Positions 59,316 to 64,000 of a DNA stretch of 64,000 nt are shown here, piece by piece. Where the stretch lies: the NCBI GenBank assembly GCA_964468125.1, contig CAYXVF010000020.1, positions 2,468-66,467 on the forward strand, written 5' to 3'. The notes under the pieces were generated by a model. The model was not told the origin of the DNA. It worked only from the letters and a program-made list of their open reading frames with translations, and made no database searches. The DNA is from an uncultured Bdellovibrionales bacterium (GTDB taxonomy: Bacteria; Myxococcota; XYA12-FULL-58-9; CAYXVF01). The translations under genes were made by a program, and so were the position numbers. Position 1 is the stretch's first letter. The number at the start of each line of letters is the position of its first letter.

Positions 59316-61223
59316 ATGCTGGCCTGGCTTCGGAATACGTGGAAGACGCAACCCGCCATTACGGGGATCTACTGCTCGGATATCGGCGTGAAACGCACCA
59401 GCGAGCAGATGTTCGAGATCAACAAGGCGGGGTTCTTCGACGCCCTCGACGATGAGACCAAGGAGCTGTACGAAAAACTGCTCCTGAAGCATCCGGACCG
59501 CACGCGTAAACTAGTTCGACCCTACGAAGACATCGTTGCGACCGGGAAAGACGGCGCGAAGCGACAGGCGGAGTTTGAGCGCGTAGCGCTCGAGCTCTTG
59601 GAAGATGCGGCGCGCGGCGTCATGGCGCGTTGCAGTCTCGAGCCTGAAGACATCGACATCGTCATCTGCAATTACATGGCCGGCCAGACTCTGCCTTCCC
59701 TCACCGCGCACATCTCGGGCAAGCTCGGTCTGCGCGACGATGTCTACACGGTGAACATGGGCGACATGGGCTGCTCCGCTGCGGTTGCTTCACTGGACGT
59801 CGCGACCCGCGTGTTGAGGAGCTTCAAAGGTCCGAAGCGCGCGCTCGTCATCTCCACCGAACCGGTGAGCAATCTCTTCCGACCGGCGGACAACGCCGCG
59901 GGCGCCGTCGGCAATGCGCTCTTTGGTGAAGGCAGCGCGGCGATCATACTGTCCACCTACCGCGAGCCAGCACTCTACACGATCCGCGCACAGCAGCGTG
60001 TACACCGAACCGACCCGGATAGCCTCGACGCGATCAAGACCGTCTGGGCGCACGGCGGTCCGATGATCCAACTCTCGAAAGACATCCCCGCCGTCGCAGG
60101 CAAAGCGATCGAAGCGAACCTCAAGCGCTTGGTACCCATGCTGCTCTCTCCTTGGGAAAAGCTGAAGTACCTCGTCACCCGGAAGATCCCGAAGTGGCAG
60201 CGCAAGATCAGCCGTTGGGCCCTGCACCCGGGCGGCATGGCCGTCCTGCGCGGCCTGCAGAAGCAGCTTCGCCTCGCCGAGGCGGACCTCGGACCGAGCT
60301 ATCGGGTCTTTCAAGAGCGCTCGAACATGAGCTCGCCATCGGTGGTCTACGCCCTCGACCACATCGAGAGACAGCGTCCGAAGGCCGGTGAAAAGGTGCT
60401 GATGATGAGCTTCGGCTCGGGCTTCAAGGTCAACTCGATGGTGCTGCAGAAGTCGAAGAAGTACATCTACGACAAGGCCGAGAAGTTCGCGGTCGTCGCT
60501 GGTGGAACGAGCGGGATCGGTCTCGACGCAGCGAAGCAGCTCGCCGAGCAAGGCTACCACCTCTTCATCGGCTCGCGACGCGTGGCGCACAACGGGAGCT
60601 TCGAGCGAATCAAAGGCGCCACTTATCTGCCCCTCGACATTACCGATCCGGAGTCCGTGGACAGCTTCGTGAATGAAGTGTGGAAGCGCAGCTTCGGAAT
60701 CGATGCGCTGATTGTGAGCTCGGGCGTGGCGCCAAAACCTAAGCTGCAAGGCCAACAAAACCCACACGATATCGTTAATGCGGTGCAGACCAATCTCACG
60801 GGCGCGATGATGCTGGTCAACGCGTTCATTCCGAAGATGCGGGTGAAGGGCAAGGTCGTGCTCCTGAACTCGATCCTCGGCCAGATTCCACTGATGGGCA
60901 ACGCCGCCTACTGCGCTACGAAGGCGGGGCTTCATCACTTTGCCGAATCCGTCGGCGTGGAGCTCAAGCGCGCAGGACGAGGCGTACAGGTTCACTCGCT
61001 CTATCCGGCCTACGTGAAGACTCCCATGCTCGAGGGCGTGCAGAACGGTGGGCGAACCTTCTTGAAGCCCGTAGAGCCCGAGGTGGTCACTCGGCAGATC
61101 GCGCGCATTCTCGCAGGTCGAGCACGGGAGGCCGACGGCTTCATTCTGAAGCGCGACAAGCTCATTGCAGGCTTCTATCACTATCTGCCCGGACCCTTTA
61201 AGAATCTGCTCTCCGCCATGTAG
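59316..61223 (+). CDS. FAE1/type III PKS-like condensing enzyme fused to an SDR reductase
   Basis: Cys-His-Asn triad (MGCSA, LHPGG, SNMSS) and FGSGFKVNS, then SDR motifs AGGTSGIG, NS and YCATK. ATG 59316 is preceded by GGGAG/GAGG. Confidence 0.88.
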   Translation: MLAWLRNTWKTQPAITGIYCSDIGVKRTSEQMFEINKAGFFDALDDETKELYEKLLLKHPDRTRKLVRPYEDIVATGKDGAKRQAEFERVALELLEDAARGVMARCSLEPEDIDIVICNYMAGQTLPSLTAHISGKLGLRDDVYTVNMGDMGCSAAVASLDVATRVLRSFKGPKRALVISTEPVSNLFRPADNAAGAVGNALFGEGSAAIILSTYREPALYTIRAQQRVHRTDPDSLDAIKTVWAHGGPMIQLSKDIPAVAGKAIEANLKRLVPMLLSPWEKLKYLVTRKIPKWQRKISRWALHPGGMAVLRGLQKQLRLAEADLGPSYRVFQERSNMSSPSVVYALDHIERQRPKAGEKVLMMSFGSGFKVNSMVLQKSKKYIYDKAEKFAVVAGGTSGIGLDAAKQLAEQGYHLFIGSRRVAHNGSFERIKGATYLPLDITDPESVDSFVNEVWKRSFGIDALIVSSGVAPKPKLQGQQNPHDIVNAVQTNLTGAMMLVNAFIPKMRVKGKVVLLNSILGQIPLMGNAAYCATKAGLHHFAESVGVELKRAGRGVQVHSLYPAYVKTPMLEGVQNGGRTFLKPVEPEVVTRQIARILAGRAREADGFILKRDKLIAGFYHYLPGPFKNLLSAM

Positions 61224-61305
61224 AGCGTACCGCTCCACTGAGGGGCGGTGGGGCTCCCTTGCAACGCGCGTTTTCAGCACGCTCCAACGTGTCCATACTC
61301 TGTCA

Positions 61306-61572
61306 GTGGAGTCAGGCGAGAAAGATCCACGTCGAGTCGAGCTCGATACGATGTGGCGCGACATGGTTCGCGTCGTTGGCCGCATCAGCAACCATCCCGC
61401 CTTCTGGCTCGGAGGCTTCGGGGCTGGCGCGCTCGGCGTCGTGGCAGCTTGGTTCTGGGTCGATGGTCCCCCTCCCTTCCGCCTCCTGGTGGGTGTCCAC
61501 TTCTTCTTTTACCTTTGGCTCGGGGTCGGTTATCTAACGGCAAAGCTCGCACTCAGGCGAGCTGGCCAGTGA
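61306..61572 (+). CDS. Small two-TM membrane protein (paralog 1)
   Basis: Two hydrophobic helices; aligns with the next ORF; start uncertain (61306 or 61351). Confidence 0.65.
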   Translation: MESGEKDPRRVELDTMWRDMVRVVGRISNHPAFWLGGFGAGALGVVAAWFWVDGPPPFRLLVGVHFFFYLWLGVGYLTAKLALRRAGQ

Positions 61573-61841
61573 GAGTCAGTGTGCAAGAAGAAAAGGAACC
61601 AGAAACCCCCGAAGAAGTCATGGATGCGGTCTTCAAGGACGCCATTCACGGTGTGGGGTATCTCTTCAATACCCGAGCGTTTTGGATCCCTGGCCTCGTA
61701 GCGGGCTTCATCGGCGTCCTCGCGTCGCTCTTTCTCGTTCCGGGTGAGCCCGCAATGCGTCTCCTCGTCGGAATGGTTTCCTTCTTGGTCTTGTGGATCG
61801 GCGTCGGAGTCACCTTCTCGCTGCTCTCGAAGAAGGGCTGA
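61569..61841 (+). CDS. Small two-TM membrane protein (paralog 2)
   Basis: GTGA start/stop overlap with paralog 1; shared AFW..G..AG..GV.A and RLLVG...F...W.GVG. Confidence 0.7.
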   Translation: MRVSVQEEKEPETPEEVMDAVFKDAIHGVGYLFNTRAFWIPGLVAGFIGVLASLFLVPGEPAMRLLVGMVSFLVLWIGVGVTFSLLSKKG

Positions 61842-62195
61842 GCGCTCGACCTGCAATCTGCGCGGCTTTGGCCGCTTCCGCTCGCTCCGTGGACTCGTAA
61901 TACAGGCCCACGGTCACCCGCGAAGAACGCGGCCTTCTCGGGCTCGTACTCTTCCGGCCGACGAATCTGCTCGGAGAAGCGTTGGCTCGCGGCGAGCTCC
62001 CAAAGTGAAAATGGGCCGCGTGCCCCATCGTGTCTGCGGTTTCTTGTGACTTTCCGGTGAAGTTCTGCCGATTCCCGCACCCCGTCGGCGGCCTGGCCGA
62101 TATCTAGAGACGATCCCAACAACAACCGGACGCATTCCACGGGGCCCGAAGGGCCGCGAGGAGAGTGGTGCGCCCGGCCAGTCAGGAGTCGGTTG

Positions 62196-63908
62196 ATGCA
62201 GCTCGCAGTTCCCGTCACGGGGGAGACGATCCCGTCGGCCAAACCCCGCATGCTCACCATCCCCGAGATCCAGGGGCTCGGGCACATCTCTCCCGTGGAG
62301 GGCGAGCGTGTCGCAACGGCGGGGGTGGTCACGGCGGTTCAGCGCGACGGCTTCTACCTGCAGGACCGCGGCGACGGGAGCGAGCTCACCTCCGACGCCG
62401 TGTTCATTTATACCGGCCGGCAAATGCCGAATGTCGAACGCGGAAATCTCGTCTGGGCCGAAGGCACCGTCGAAGAATTCGCACGCGATCGAAACGCTCT
62501 GAGCAGCACGCAGATCAGCGGTCGAGAGCTGAGGATCGTCAAGCTCGCCGACAAAGCCGACCTCCCGGAGGCGCTCGAGCTCGGCAAGGATCGCCCCCTG
62601 CCCCACCGCGGCATTTACGAAGCGGGGCTTGCCTACGAGTCCATGGAGGGGATGCGGGTCCGGGTCCCCGGCGCACGGGTGATCGGCGCTAGCAACAAAT
62701 ACGGTGACGTCTATATCGCCCCCGACGTCGAAGATTCGCCACTGAACGTCACCACGGACGGCGTACTTCGTGGGAGTCCCTATAGCGCACACCCGCAGCG
62801 CCTGAAGCTCACCTTCGATCCGAAAGTGTTCGGTGCCGAGTCACCAGCCCTCAACGCCGGCGACTACGTTGGACCAATGGAAGGTGTTCTGTTTCACGGA
62901 TTCGGCTTTTACGGGATCAAGCCCGTGGGCCCGGTGGACATTCGTCCCGGCAAGCGCAAGCCAGACGTGACGAAGCTCGAAGGCACGAGCTGGGGCATGA
63001 CGCACGCGAGCTTCAACCTGGAGAATCTCGACGCGAAGGTAGAGGACCCCAAACACCTGCCTCCAGGCGGCCGTCCTGACGACGACGTCGGGAGCGGAAA
63101 GCTCCAGGCGATCGCCGAACAGATCGTGAAAAACCTGAAGAGCCCGGACTTGCTCAGCCTTCAGGAGATCCAGGACAACGATGGAAGCGAAGACCGCGGC
63201 GTCACGGACGCATCGAAGACCTGGGAGGCGCTGATCGAAGCCATCGTCGCAGCGGGCGGCCCCCGCTACGAATGGGCCGACAGCGAGCCTCGCGCCGCGA
63301 ATGAGGACGGTGGCCAACCGGGCGGAAACATCCGGGTCGGCTTCCTCTACAACCCGAAACGCGTCGAGCTCGACCGCGCCTCACTCACGCGCGTCGGTGA
63401 AGATGAGCCTGGCTTTGAGGGCGGTCGCAAGTCGCTCTCCTCACGGTTCACGTTCAAGCCAACAGGGAAATCGGTGCACGTGATCAACAATCACTGGGCG
63501 TCCAAGTATGGAAGCACGCCAACCTATCGCAATCCGAACATGCCCGAGATCATCGGTGGCGAGGCGGAGCGAAAGGCGCAACAGGAGGTGATCGGGCGGC
63601 ACGTGGGCTTGCTTCTGCGCAACGACCCCGCCGCGCGAATTCTGTCGGTTGGTGACTTCAACGCGCCCGAATACGAAGCCCCGCTTCTCGCCCACGGTGC
63701 CGGCGCTCTGTTCAATCTGGGCGATACCGTTCCGGACTCTGAGCGTTACTCCTATGTCTTTCAGGGGATCGCGGAGGCGATCGACCACCAATTCGGGAGC
63801 CGGAACCTCGCCGACAAGGTGGAGTTCGAGTACGTCCACATCAATTCGCCGTTCGCGAAGAAAGCGACGGATCACGACCCGAACATCTCTCGCATCGACA
63901 TGCGTTGA
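62196..63908 (+). CDS. Endonuclease/exonuclease/phosphatase family nuclease (ExeM/YhcR-like OB fold plus EEP)
   Basis: TIPEIQG...SP..G, GVVTA, FYLQD, YESMEGMRV, SFNLENL, LQEIQD, NHW.SK, GDFN and TDHDP motifs; AGGAG RBS. Confidence 0.9.
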   Translation: MQLAVPVTGETIPSAKPRMLTIPEIQGLGHISPVEGERVATAGVVTAVQRDGFYLQDRGDGSELTSDAVFIYTGRQMPNVERGNLVWAEGTVEEFARDRNALSSTQISGRELRIVKLADKADLPEALELGKDRPLPHRGIYEAGLAYESMEGMRVRVPGARVIGASNKYGDVYIAPDVEDSPLNVTTDGVLRGSPYSAHPQRLKLTFDPKVFGAESPALNAGDYVGPMEGVLFHGFGFYGIKPVGPVDIRPGKRKPDVTKLEGTSWGMTHASFNLENLDAKVEDPKHLPPGGRPDDDVGSGKLQAIAEQIVKNLKSPDLLSLQEIQDNDGSEDRGVTDASKTWEALIEAIVAAGGPRYEWADSEPRAANEDGGQPGGNIRVGFLYNPKRVELDRASLTRVGEDEPGFEGGRKSLSSRFTFKPTGKSVHVINNHWASKYGSTPTYRNPNMPEIIGGEAERKAQQEVIGRHVGLLLRNDPAARILSVGDFNAPEYEAPLLAHGAGALFNLGDTVPDSERYSYVFQGIAEAIDHQFGSRNLADKVEFEYVHINSPFAKKATDHDPNISRIDMR

Positions 63909-63947
63909 GGCTTGAACCTACACCGGCGGGTTGGCTATCCCCCGCCC

Positions 63948-64000
63948 ATGTCACCCACCTACACCCGAGTCTTGGGGTTGGGCCTGGCCCTGTCCTTCTA
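63948..64000 (+). CDS. Possible start of an exported protein (3'-partial)
   Basis: MSPTYTRVLGLGLALSF, a signal-peptide-like start running off the window. Confidence 0.3.
   Translation, partial: MSPTYTRVLGLGLALSF

Noticed and set aside
59316-61223. KCS/type III PKS as a chalcone synthase sharing p-coumaroyl-CoA with PYP
   Set aside because: Its motifs look FAE1-like rather than CHS-like, and housekeeping genes separate the two loci

Overview
GC-rich bacterial chromosome segment, most likely Myxococcota. This rests on a MYXO-CTERM-like anchor on the first protein, a TIGR02266-like double-PilZ protein and a mevalonate-type HMG-CoA synthase. Most of the window is housekeeping or metabolic: dtd, bcp, a fused E2-E1 2-oxoglutarate dehydrogenase, ndh, trmL, ychF, gluQ, gpmA, sua5, speA, tatD, pyrD, pyrC, mnmC, prlC, a MATE transporter and DUF368. 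I saw no rRNA, tRNA or CRISPR array. Two loci stand out. (1) At 51.5-52.4 kb, a MerR/excisionase-type HTH is fused to a photoactive yellow protein (PYP) domain that keeps Tyr42, Glu46 and the chromophore-binding Cys69. It sits divergent to a 71-aa protein with a twice-repeated S[ML]EAQLxxLY motif, making a candidate one-component blue-light transcription switch with a partner. (2) At 59.3-61.8 kb, a condensing enzyme resembling plant FAE1/KCS elongases is fused to an SDR reductase and followed by two paralogous small membrane proteins. Secondary observations: an internally deleted yqjG next to a transposase fragment, an N-lobe-less pseudokinase-TPR receptor, a lower-GC three-gene secreted-protein cassette and a possible structured RNA leader. 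All calls come from recognising motifs by eye; no searches were run.
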